64,000 nucleotides of DNA from positions 9,737,129-9,801,128 of the forward strand of contig CM082576.2 of NCBI GenBank assembly GCA_040954595.2, in the 5' to 3' direction. Origin of the DNA: Balanoglossus misakiensis (taxonomy: Eukaryota > Animalia > Hemichordata). Both the position numbers and the translations under genes were made by a program. The notes below the pieces were generated by a model. It saw nothing but the letters and a program-made list of their open reading frames with translations, made no database searches and had not been told where the DNA came from. The stretch's first letter is position 1. Every line of letters begins with the position of its first letter. Below, piece after piece: positions 26,701-39,050 of this stretch.

Positions 26701-29700
26701 ATAGTTTAACCACGGGGCATATTCAGTCGACTCCTCGTCAGGTTTCATGGACATTCGACGTGTTTATGACTCTGTCTCTTGCACTCGCCGCAGATGATCT
26801 GGCCCAGTAAATTCTAAAGGAGAGAAAACACCTTCATAATTACACTGTATATCATTTTCTCTAATTGGCTTTCGGTGCTCTTTGTATTTCAACATTTTAC
26901 CCGCGAATAACCATTTCACCACCACGGTTTGCTCCACAGCATTGTTTGCTATGGTAAAGTTGGACCTCTAGACAGAGAAATGGGGGTGGAAGGGTTAATA
27001 GTAGAACTGCGGTTTGTATGAGACCAACGTTCTTGTGGCACATTCACATCACACACTTGACTGTCGCTCCGCGTCGACAAACAGAAGAGAGTCGGGCGTG
27101 ATTAGGTCGCTCGCACTGTCGACTAAAATTAATGGTAATTTCATTTCCATTTTTCGTCTCATCTCGGCAAACTTATTTCCAAATTCATCAATAGCTCATT
27201 AACATCTGTGTCGCTGAGTGTCATTAGTGACATTTGCCGTTGATCCGAACCGAACGAGTGAAATTGCCAATTTAATTGCTCGACTGTCACACGTGATATC
27301 CTGGGAATAAAATCCCCCCGATTAAAAGATTATTCCCTCAATTTGTCAACACTTAACCTCCGAGAGAGGAGTATTTTTTTCTAATACCCTACGTTCATCG
27401 CAACGAATGTTTGTAAATCCCGGCGTATGGTTTGTCCGACGTCACAGGGAGTAATGATACAAGCATCACGTGACAGAAAGAGGAGAGAACATTCGAAATT
27501 TAAACCGCGTGTAGCCGAAAACACCCGAAAAGTTTAGTCATTTTAAAACACTTCTTTTAGTATGTGAACAGTGTCGAATCATTTTTTGAAAAATGACCAT
27601 TTTCATTGGTCGTTGTGCACATCAAAGATGCCAATCAACATGAAAACTATTATTCCAATATCTGCCCTGTCAAAATCTCTAATAAAAATCGGTTGTCAAA
27701 AAACTTCCCATTATAACCATCCGGGACAAAACAATTATTGTTTATTTGTCATTTTCTGCTTCGGTTAATTTTACCTCTGTTCCAAATTCAATTGATAACA
27801 TAGCGGAATCACATTTACATCAAAGAAATATGATTGGTTGTATACGCGCACGAACCTCATAGCGTATTTTCTTCCAGACTATTAAGTTACTGCACGTGTT
27901 TTATTCTTCCACGGGCCAAATGAAATTAAATTTCATGACCGAAGCAGTTGTCTAATGATACTTTGCAAGTTAAATACTCGAAATTAATTTACTAAATGCA
28001 TGTCACTGTTTTTATTTGTTCCAGTCAGTTCATTCTGTTCTTTATGTGTTCTGTCTAATTCGGAGATATTGAACTCTGAGATTGAAATTGGAATGCAAAT
28101 TCCAGATAAACCCAGGGCATTGCGGAATACATGTGAATAGCACTCGAAGTTCGTTCGATGATATTTCCCCTGGTACAATCCATGAAACGCGTCCCATCGT
28201 CTTACGAATATCGCTTGCGTATATAATTTGCAAAAACAGCCAGACAGTTTTGCATGTCACAATTCCCATTCTAAATCACGACCCTCCCTCATTTTGTAAA
28301 ATGCGACCCTCCAAGGCAAAGTTGTGAACTATGACACAGACACCCCGGTCGGATTTTCTCCGTTGCCCCCCCCCCCCCCCACCTAGTAAAAAGTGTAAAC
28401 TCCCTAACCTCCGTATGTACCTGGCAGAAGCCGCATTTCACCGACCTAATGGCTGCCAAGATGAGTCATTCAAATACAACTTAAAATTTAAGACAGGACT
28501 GGACATCTTCTGCTCGATAATTCTGTTAGATTCAACTCCTTGTTAAGAATTACGCCCACGTGTTTTGAGGGAAAACTGTTTCCATCCAAGACGAAGGACC
28601 TGCGACCTTAATAATGTGTAATAGTATTAAACAAATAATTTAAATCGAAGATATCGTGGGAACTGTGCCCGTGTAAGAAGACGAGTCCATTAGGACTTGT
28701 CAACATCAATAATATCGATGGTGTTTCGTAAATATAAAATTAAGACGTTGACACACGTCGTTTTTTTTAAAGAATAAGACCTGATGAATTATTCAATTTA
28801 AATGACAGTTTTTGATAATGGAAGTGTATACTATGTGAGTAATGGTCGTGTTGTGATTTCAGGGCGATAATTATCATACATCGCGACGTGGCGCCTATGT
28901 CATAAAAGCCAGCGACTCAATCAGCAGAAATAACGTCTTTACGATTAATGTATAAAAACAGGATGAAATAAAAACAATCAAAACGTCGTAAAAACGTATT
29001 CCTATTTCCACATCACATTTACAAATGTGCGGGTACTAAATATTTATCGCCCGGAGGAGTGGGATTTTACCGACGCTGGAAACATTTTCATAAAAATCGT
29101 TGCTGTCTGCTGATGCAGTGAACATATGAGAATATTATAGTGCAAGTCGAACTGGAGAAATCTGTAGGAGCCGGCGGAAATCTGCATCGTTATCGCTCCT
29201 TTTGTGATGAGAATTCGCGGTTTTGATCACCTGGGTCATTATGCATCCAAGTCTACCTGCTGTAATAACGGTGTTATAAATATACAGAACAGCAGAAGAG
29301 AAAGACCTTCATTCAATATTCACGGATTTAATGATTACCAGACAGTTGTGTGTTTTCTTCACTCAATTGCATCCTCAATGGCCGTAAAAAATTATTCTTG
29401 ATTGGCTTACATATGTCGAACGACTATATTCCCATATCCAGTTCTGCGTGGAAACAGTTTAACCCATCAGTGTACTGCCACCGATCGGGATGGCTTCGGT
29501 GAGATAAATTTCATCTCTGCGTGGATGAAATGATAAAATATTTATAAACCCGATGAAGAATTCATGTCTCTTCAGATACATTATCGCTCTCTTCTCGGCG
29601 TTTTTAGACTCCATTCGGGCAGGGCAATTTATTGATTTATATTGTGGACTATTTTGCCAGCGAGATGAAGAGGGGCTTTATCGGAGGATTACACGGAAAG

Positions 29701-32700
29701 CAAAGCACGCGTGATCGATTGCTTCGGTAGATTGGTCATTTATTTTCTGCAAGGAATAGGTGATGACGGATTAGTGAGCGCCAGTAAGAACCACTTTAAC
29801 ACCGCACAGTCAGCGCCGACCCGGATTCTACCCCACACGTCATTTCTGCAAATGGCGGAAACGACGCACTGCGCTTGCGCACAGGAAATACACCTTCACT
29901 CCGACACTCGGCGAAATAGTTGTGAAACGCAGCCCCTGTTTGATGTGTTTTGAAACGCCTGTGGCATAACGCCATTTGAAGGATCATTGGATGATGTGAT
30001 AAGTTGATAAGTTTCTATGGAGTATTACAATTTTCTCAGGGAACCACCCATCCCGTGATTTTGTACATATTGCACCATAAGCTTATGACAAATGTATTCT
30101 TTCTTCAACAAACATAACCAAGAACATAACTGTTTAAAAGTATTATTACCGTATTGTCACTTTCGCGCGAAGTGGAAATTGCTGAGACATGGTCTTGGCC
30201 AAGTAATAGTAATGATTTCACCAGAAAAACAGTAAAAAGTGTAGGCGTCTTACGCGAGGTCTCCCCCCTGAATCGCACAAGAAATCCGGAATACTGTTCA
30301 ATTTAGATCTGTGTTAACTCTGGCCAAACCTGTGTATGGGCCTCGCGCGGTAGTTTACAACATCGTAGTACACGACACAATCATTTTACATGTAAAATGT
30401 AATGCCCCGATCACGTGACCGGCATATCTATTGCCAGCACTCAGACGCTTTAGGGAGACACTCACGTTTTTTTTGCATCTAAAATATTCATGAATTTATC
30501 GTCACACCATTTCTAGACCAAACACACTCTTTCGCGATGCAGTTGTTCATTCAAAGACTGGTTTTAACCAGAAGTAAAGTCTACTGTTGGGAGATTGCGC
30601 GTCGTGCCACGGATAACCGAAATTAACGACGCCTAAAATGTGGAGGGACAATGCTCCCGCGGTGAACCAAATTTTCTTTCAGAAAAAGCCCGCCCATCTT
30701 CATTTCCCTCCGTGGCACGTATCAGTAATTCTACCAAACTTCGGCTGAATTGTTCGGAAAATGGGAAAGTTGAACATCTTCAAAATACCGGAAGCAGAAA
30801 ATCCGCTATAGAAAAGAACGATGAGAAATTGCACGTTCAGCAATCGTAAGCTATTGGGGTATTGCCTCACATATGATATACACAGGCTTTGTAGACAGGC
30901 CGAATCCTAAACAGTTCAACATGCTTCAGGGACGCCCTACAAGAAACGGTAGCTGATACACACAGAAAAAAAAAACATTTACAGAAAATGTCACAGGTTA
31001 TAGCTACTGTCTGCCTGACAAGGCACGGCGATCCTGGATATTGAGTTAAGAAATATGCAGTAATCCTGTTACTCGCGATATTCAGACATAATAAATCTCG
31101 GGTCGCCATTTCCTTGAAGGTTGTTAGGGACCGATCACGTGAGTTGTAAACATTTTGGCTCTCACTGAACCCACTCTCCGTTGACAGGAAAGAAGGCAGC
31201 GATAGATGGTCATCCATGAGAAGCATGTCCTGTCTTTTATGAAGGAAATGCGAGCTAGCAAATGTCAGACGAGGAATGGTGTTGTTACGCTTGTATTCTT
31301 TCGCCTGTAACGCTTGCTGATTACAGAAAGCCCACAGGCGCGCGATCAGAAGGAGCTGATGTTTGCGGCCCATCAGTGCGAAAAACGTGCACACTAAAAG
31401 GGTTGTAAAGCAGAGATTTCCCAAGAAAAGAAACAACATAATAGCGAATGGTAAAATGCATAATGATAAGTCATTTATCGTACCTCGAGGTGTACTTACA
31501 CAAATTCGCCGTGTACTCTGTATACGCTAATGCCTTTCACAACACGCTTCGCAGTATTTTCACAATAAATTCTCGGAATTTAGATTTTGGGTTTGAACGC
31601 GCAAGCCAACGAGAAATCTAGTCACTCTGTAAGGTTGCTGATAAACTGCTTAATGTTGGTGCCACGCTTTAGCTGTGGCTCGCAAAAAAAAGTAATCTTC
31701 TTAAACGTTCTTATTGCTCAAAGGGTCATTTCCGAAACACCGTTATTCATCAGGGGGAGATAGGGTGGGAGAGAGACACATAATTCTCATTCGGCATAGA
31801 AGATGAGATGCTCGGGGTTTTATGATAATACGTTTCTTCAAGGTAACATTTCGTGTGATGGAGAATACCCTCGACGTGAGATGTTCCTTGAAGACCGTTT
31901 GGAAAATTGACCCCATCTTCAGTAACCACTCCATGAAATACAGACCAACTCTTTGCGTGTTTTGCTGTTATTAATGAGAGCTCACGTCCGACCTCTCGCA
32001 TCATCACCCTGCATTCATTCACGAACATCTACATTCGCCGGCTAATTTACACAAATAGCGAATATATTTTGTGTTTCAAGTGAGAGTCAGGCGTTTGAGT
32101 TTTTATCGAGGTGAGCAAACTCGTCTGTTTGACGACTGGGGTGGAATGTTACAGGCCATTGAACTTCGTCGCCATCAATCTCGTGCAAATCTCGCTCGTA
32201 GAATTCACTCATTATTCACGAATTATAATTATGTGTCACAGTTGTCTCGACCCATGATACAATTGCAATGTTGTACCACCTGGTCGTATTTCAGTATGTA
32301 AATATATCATCTTTCGTTTTCTACCGTTCCACCGTTCTATTACCTATATGTGCACAGTTATGGGGAAATGTAATTCGAGAAGGGTTTTCTGACAAAAAGA
32401 AATATTTTGTAAGGGCAGAACAAAAATGGGGGTTTGGGATGGGCTTCGCAGCTTTATTCTTGAATTTGGAGCGCTGTATTTCCAATCGCTTTATAAAATT
32501 AAGCTTAAAATCGAGAGAAATGTCATCAAAATGCGAAACGCGTTTTCTTTACACGGGATCTGAAAAGTAACTGAGGGAAAAGTCGGTGAAGGAAAGAAAA
32601 GGTTTGTTCGGCTTTTGAGTCCGCGAAGCAAATGTTTCCTCCGGATCCTCGAAGATTGAAGCATGTACAGGAAGCTACCCATTTACGAGAGGTCAGATGA

Positions 32701-32912
32701 AGTTGTTATGCAAATATGGGAATCTTTTTGTCCAAAGCCTGTTTGAGTCAAAGCATGCGCAGACCAGTTGTGTGAGGCAAATAGCAAATAACAACGCTTT
32801 CTAGTGAAAGGACCAGCTTTATCAAATTTGGTCTTGGAAAGTTTGTGTTTAAGTCAACGCGTTAATACATGTAAAATTTCAATATAATATTTGTGTTGTA
32901 TTACTGTGTTTA

Positions 32913-32961
32913 GGGCGGGGCATTATTGAATGCCACGCCCTTTTACGACTCAAGATGGCGG
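32913..32961 (+). promoter_or_regulatory. Intronic cluster of promoter-type motifs (GC box, KLF/Sp, YY1)
   Basis: GGGCGGGGC 32913-32921, GCCACGCCC 32932-32940, CAAGATGGCGG 32951-32961. Confidence 0.4.
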
Positions 32962-34956
32962 ATGGTGACCTTCCATGTGCGAACTAGATTCTGCTTGTTT
33001 GACTTGCTGAGTTTCATCTCTGATCCAGCCTAGCTATCTCAAGAGCTGTAATGAACTTTTCTACCCGCGAGGCAAACAGTGATTACACCATTGTGGACGA
33101 CAAATTGCCCGCTGTAAAATAGGACTGCAATGACGTTTCCACATGAGCTGAATTCACCACACCAAATCATTTCAGGATCGTTATAAATCCTGTCGAATTT
33201 CTTATTCCGGCCGAAATTATCGACTTAAATCAGCGCCGAGCCGTCAAATTATCATTTTGTGACCGCGGAATGTTTTGTCTCTGTTGGAGACATCATTATT
33301 CGCCTGTTATTAGTAGCTGTGTGCCGCGGCAAGACCCAAAAACAAAATTTGTTAAAGGTGGCTGTGCCAACTGCACAGCGTGGTGTTTGAGGCAGTCATC
33401 AAGAAAACGCCTTCCTCGGGCGCTATTTCTGCGAATGGTGTCAAGCTCACGAAGTTTGCTATAAACCAGAATGGATTTAAATCCCAGCAGAGATCGTTCT
33501 GGATTTTTTATCTGGGCAGTCGATTTCTTCAAAAGCGATGTTCTGAGAAATGTTTTTCACTACATTGTTATCTCATGCACGTCCCCTTTTACGTCAGGCT
33601 GTAGCGAGTCTGGAATCTCCCGGCGACAACCATTCCTATTTATTAGCTAATACAATTTCAAAACAACGCTGTCGGGAAGGTGGCAACCCTTTACGACGAG
33701 GAACCGAGAAATAAACATTGATTAGACCACTGTGATTAAACTCAGGATTTTTTGCTGGCATCATTATTATACGCGCTTCAGGTAGTCCCCTTGACTGGCG
33801 GCTCCGTTGAAGATCTTATAGAAGAAATATTTCACCTCCGATAAGGTAAACCATGGGCCTTTCGTCCCAACTGAATAGTCGCCTTTCCAAGCGACTTAGT
33901 TTGTTTTCAGTACTGGTTTAAATCTCCCTTATCGTGGCGACAGCCCGCGGGGCTGCCCATACAAAGCTTCGAGAAAAAAATCCACCCAGATTAAAGAAGA
34001 GATTTCTCCTTCAGGGTATTTAAACAAATGTAATCAGATGTCTTTTTTCATGCGATGGGCGTCTTCAGACAAATACAATTATTAAGCTGTCCGGGTTTGC
34101 GTGCATCGTTGGAAACTCTTCAGCCGGCATTCGAAGGCCATGTAACCTTTCATGTTATCGATGAAATGGGCAACTCAATTCTCAAATGAGTTCCTGATAG
34201 ATTCATTTGCTGACAAGATTGAATCAGAATTCTTCGTGTATATACTAATCCGTCAGTCCTACGATCCCCGTGTTGACTTTCCTGCAGGGATTAGGCACAA
34301 CCACACTACCGATATTTGTTCCCACTGAAAAAAAATCCGTTTTTCTCCACGTGAATCTTGTGAATTGTAAATTAACGAGAAAAGACATGCAACAGGCCTG
34401 GGGTGGTCATTATCTGGGAACATATATGGTTAGATTATCACCGTCATTCGGATGGCGGAAAAGAATACACGCTCAATTTTTGAGTTTCCATCAGGGCACA
34501 CACCTCTTTACATTGTAATGACTATGCGCCTACCCTTCGGGTTGGGATGTGGCCGAGTGTTATTTTATTTGGCGGCATCTCTTTGCTACTTACATTTGCA
34601 ATTGGTGCGATAGCATTGCGATTTTGAATCTGACGGAAATGTTTGAGTACGCAATGAATTTTCCATGAGCCAATATTGGATTACATGTGCGCCGTTTGTT
34701 TTCAGGCAGCGCCAAATATCCTTCATGATCCATCCACGATTAATGAGACTGTGACACTGTCATGCTTGACTTTGATGGGGACAGTTTAATCACTAAATCG
34801 TTTCAGATGAAAATAAAAGGGGACTGGAAAATTCACAGTTGGGCGAAAGACATTACGAAACGCATCTGTCATTTTGTTGGTTTATTTACTTCCCTATAAT
34901 TTATACAGGGTATATACGGAAAAAATTTGTTAACGATTTTCCCGTTTTTCTTTCAG

Positions 34957-36273
34957 ACTCGTCCTATTCGCCAAAGCTTTTGTGGTTCCTTACGTCGTGA
35001 CACTCATTGGAAATGCTTGATATTGACCTTGCTTATATACGCCAGTCTCGGTATCATTGCCTGGTGTCGACTAACAACGGTGACCATGTTGGCCTACAAC
35101 TACCGCGGTGTGTCGCAGCCCATCGTCGGTAGCCCCTGCGATGACGGCTACATTTACATACCGATCGCCTTCCTCATCCTGATCTACATGGTTTACTTGA
35201 TAGAGTGTTGGCACTGCCACACCCGCGTCGAGCTTCAGTACAAGGAGGACGTCGGTGTTGTGTACGACATGCTCCAGCGGATGAAGGAGTCCTACCCGGT
35301 GGTCTGGTGGAGGGTCATATGCTACCATTATGTTCGACGGACTAGACAAGTCACCCGCTACAGGAACGGGGACGCCTACACGTCCACGCAGGAGTACTAC
35401 GAGCGCGTGAACTCGCACTCGGCCCTGGGAGCGTTCGATTTCTCCGACTGCGGAGTGAAGGACATCTCCAAGGACATAGTCGGGCTCGAAGATTACCCGG
35501 CCACCAAGATCAAATTTACCAAAAGTTTCATATTCGCGAACGAGGAGGCGGAAAACGACTACCTAGCCCAGCGCTCGAGATTCTTCGGCGAGAACGAGGG
35601 CCGGGATGATTACATGGAGACGCGCGAAGGAATGAATCTCAGCGATTTGGATTTTAAAGAGCACATGATTGCGTTCGCCGAGTCGAACTCGCTTCCTTGG
35701 TACGTGTCGCTGATTCTGTTTTGGAGTCTTTCCATCTGTCTGTTATCATGGCCACTCCGTGTCTTAATAGAGTACAAGACGGCTTACGTTCACTATCAGC
35801 TCGAGAAGCTGTTTGGCACCAATTACTCAACTTATTCTTCCATGGAGAATTGGAACGGCAGCATCCAGCTGCCGCGAGACGCTACGGTGACCAGCAGTCG
35901 CAGTCTGGAGCTGCGGATCCGAAACAACCATCACATCGTGCCCAGCTACTCTGAGGCGCTTTTGATGGACGCTGCCAACGGGAACGTCTTACGTCACAGC
36001 TCTTCTTCGCGGGGGATCCTTACCAACGGCCAGGCCGTCCCGCTTGCTCGGGTGGAGCATGACCAGGAGGAAGACGCCGACGATCTATACGACGAAACGT
36101 CGCCAATAATGGAGTCCCAGCGGGACGGGGCGAGGATGCAGGAACGGGGTGTTGAACTCAACATTCCCAATGACTCGCCCCCGGGTTACGATGTTGCTTT
36201 AAACATGATGATGCCCGCACGACAGTCGACAGAGGAGGCATATTGCACAGTACCAATCGAAACCTCACTTTAA
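34957..36273 (+). CDS. TMEM151: TMEM151-family transmembrane protein, large terminal coding exon (438 codons + stop)
   Basis: Acceptor ttttctttcag|ACT at 34956. Family motifs 'RPIRQSFCGSLRRDTHWKCLILTLL', 'SPCDDGYIYIPIAF', 'YLIECWHC', 'CYHYVRRTRQVTRYRNGDAYTSTQEYYERVNSH', 'FFGENEGRDDYMETREGM', 'LLSWPLRV', 'VPSYSEA', C-terminal ETSL. Confidence 0.93.
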   Translation, partial: TRPIRQSFCGSLRRDTHWKCLILTLLIYASLGIIAWCRLTTVTMLAYNYRGVSQPIVGSPCDDGYIYIPIAFLILIYMVYLIECWHCHTRVELQYKEDVGVVYDMLQRMKESYPVVWWRVICYHYVRRTRQVTRYRNGDAYTSTQEYYERVNSHSALGAFDFSDCGVKDISKDIVGLEDYPATKIKFTKSFIFANEEAENDYLAQRSRFFGENEGRDDYMETREGMNLSDLDFKEHMIAFAESNSLPWYVSLILFWSLSICLLSWPLRVLIEYKTAYVHYQLEKLFGTNYSTYSSMENWNGSIQLPRDATVTSSRSLELRIRNNHHIVPSYSEALLMDAANGNVLRHSSSSRGILTNGQAVPLARVEHDQEEDADDLYDETSPIMESQRDGARMQERGVELNIPNDSPPGYDVALNMMMPARQSTEEAYCTVPIETSL

Positions 36274-36364
36274 ACAAAAGACTGCATATATCTGGTTGTC
36301 TTATAAATTCATATGCAAACGTTGAAGGTTTTTTGCAAGCCATTTATTTGCCACAAATCAAACT

Positions 36365-36370
36365 AATAAA
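36365..36370 (+). other. Candidate proximal polyadenylation signal for TMEM151
   Basis: AATAAA ~90 nt after the stop; another at 36942. Confidence 0.3.
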
Positions 36371-38991
36371 CTGAGCAGGATTTACTGCCGGCGGAGAGAG
36401 GACAGCAAAGACGCTGAAATTGTTATTATCAGTATTAAAATGTTGACTTATCAAAATGTTATCAACTGATTATCAAATTCGCGGAGCGACAGATACATGT
36501 TCAAAAGCGAACATCGAGAATCGCGTCGAATATAATTTGCATATCCAAGTTGTGGTCATCTGTACCACGTGGTCACAATCCGTGAATCGTTCAGCTGTGC
36601 TGTTCAGTATGCACTTGAGCGTTTTCGTAATAAATGTGTTTTCATATGTACAGTCGTCCATTAACTTATCCTTGAGAGAATGCCATGTTGCCGCGCGTAT
36701 TGATTTTCACCCGGGGCTACTTTTTTTTCATCCGAAGTGTCTCTGAAAACCTCCCAGACGGTCGCGTGTTCACCTTGTCACTGTACGAGGTCACCCAATT
36801 ACTCCGAAAGAAGGAAACCGACGGAGTTACTGAATACCTGCTGTAATGGTGGGTTTTGTAGTATTTTGATTGAAGGTGTTTAGGGCTAAACGCAGCCTGG
36901 ATTTTTTATATATATTTTTAAAACAGTTTTGACAGCCGTCAAATAAAGTGATGTGCACGAGTGACTATATACCTTCTATATGAGTGGATAACGACAGGAG
37001 CTGTTCCGAGCAGCTACATTGTGACCACAATGGCGATGATATGGTTGACGATTATAATCCCTTGTAGCGACTATCAAAAGAGATTTTAATGGAAACGTCG
37101 TTATATGGCATTGTTCATAGATTAACGACAGTTCCAGAGTTGTCGGTTCAAGACTCAATTGGAGGATCACGTGAAATGTTCAAATTAATATTCATCGGTC
37201 TGATGTTGTTGAACGAGTATAGCAGCTAAAGGCGTTTTTATTAAAATATTTTGCTTTAGCGGGGGTTTTGTTTTTTATTTAAATCATACAGTAGTTTAAT
37301 TATAATCGTCGCAGATAAAGAAATGACTATGTTAATCAGTGTAGTTGTGAACAATCTAAACATCCATGTGATAAAATCACACCACGATTCTAAAATGTTA
37401 TAATGTTATAATGGTCAATAGTGGATTGCCTTCCTCCCGTAGAGGTTATCGTTGGATTATCATTCATGATTTCCTTCATTCTACACTGATTTTATTCCGA
37501 CAAGAACCGATAGCCGTGAACCGAAAAGGGCAGAGTTCGTCATCGGGGCAGAATTCTGAACCGCGGCGCAAATGTTGACTTGCATACGTAACAAATCCAT
37601 TACCACTGGGGGTTTCAGGAAGTTGACAAGTAGCACAGATAACGCCCGCCAACTTTTAATGGCATATCTTTGCATAACAAAGCAGGGCAGATGAAATGCA
37701 AACACTTTAATGAGACACCGAGAGTATAATGCATTTTAAATATCCCATCAATACGATGGACCGTCGGAATTTCCGCAACTTTATGTCGAGCAAGACTTCT
37801 AGTTTATTAGATAAATTTGGTTATCCACATTTCATTGCCCATCAAAGTACTTTTCAACGGCGTGGCGCCGCGGCAATCAGGAATTCGTCAGTTTCCACGG
37901 AAACCGGTGAATTTCTGTTGTCACGGGTGCCTGAAGGCGAGGGAGAAAGTCTTCGAGAATGCGTCGCACGTAATTGGAAAGCCTTTCTGACGCTCGGAGA
38001 CAATCCTCTTGCGAACGCTGTAACATTTATCCTTCCAGAATGCACCGCATAGATAATGAGTCATCGTACGTTCTGAGAATGGAAAGTTAACAACGTTTAT
38101 CGTGATCGTTTTCTACCGACTAGCAGTCGGCGCTGTGAATTTTAACGTCTCAATTCCACCATCCCCAGCCCGTTGCAAGAGCTTCTATACACAGCATACT
38201 CAGCACACGATCAACGGAAGCAGCGAGCTTTTTTGTTAAGCCGTAAAATACCCCACCCTTTGACATAATCTAGTGTAATTATACGACCCGGCGAACTTTG
38301 AAACTTACGTTTAATAAAAACGCCTGTTAGCATTGAGGTAAATTAGACTTGTAGTTGATTTAATAAGATAATGGATCGACTGGAATTGGCAATATTGAAC
38401 CCATCATTAAAGCACCACCATCCGCTATTCATTTATTCCAGCGACATCCGGCATTGTGACTGTTGTTAAAGGTTTTAGTGCACACCAGTGAGCCAGCTCT
38501 TTCTTCACAATTTCCCTTTGCTTCGGTGGTTTTCAAAGACTAAATTTCGCTGAAAATAAACCCAGAACAGCATGGAATAATGGATTTGTTCGAATCACGA
38601 GAGACGACGTTTATGATAATACGGCAATTTATTGAGCACTCCCGATAAAATACGCTGGAGCGCCGTTTAAAAGAAATGCTTTGGGCATTAATTAAACATT
38701 GCTGTTAAACTTTTACGTCAATTAGTTTTGATGTGGCAAATCATGTTAAATTGAAAGAAAAATGGGTCTCTTGGATTTCTTTTTTACATTCGTTTCTTTA
38801 TGTTCAGCTAATAAAAGGATACTTTCGGCTTTCGATGTTATATTGCGAAATCCAGATGCGGCGCGTGTGCATGTTCAAAATCTACTATTCGTTTAGGTAC
38901 TACTCACGTTTTTCCTCCTCTGTTATGGAAGTACATGTATGATGCTTGCGACCAGTACCCTTTAGTTCAATATCAGTACAGATCTGATAAA

Positions 38992-39050
38992 GTTTGTTTG
39001 TTTGTTTGTGTGTGTGTGTGTGTTTGTTTGTTTGTTTGTTTGTTTGTTTG
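38992..39050. repeat. Compound (GTTT)n(GT)n(GTTT)n microsatellite
   Basis: Seen directly. Confidence 0.9.

Noticed and set aside
30867-31439. 190-aa minus-strand ORF in the TMEM151 intron
   Set aside because: Non-ATG start, no recognisable domain, coding bias or splice context; consistent with chance.
35071-35954. ORFs overlapping the TMEM151 exon in other frames or strands
   Set aside because: Shadow ORFs of a GC3-rich CDS.
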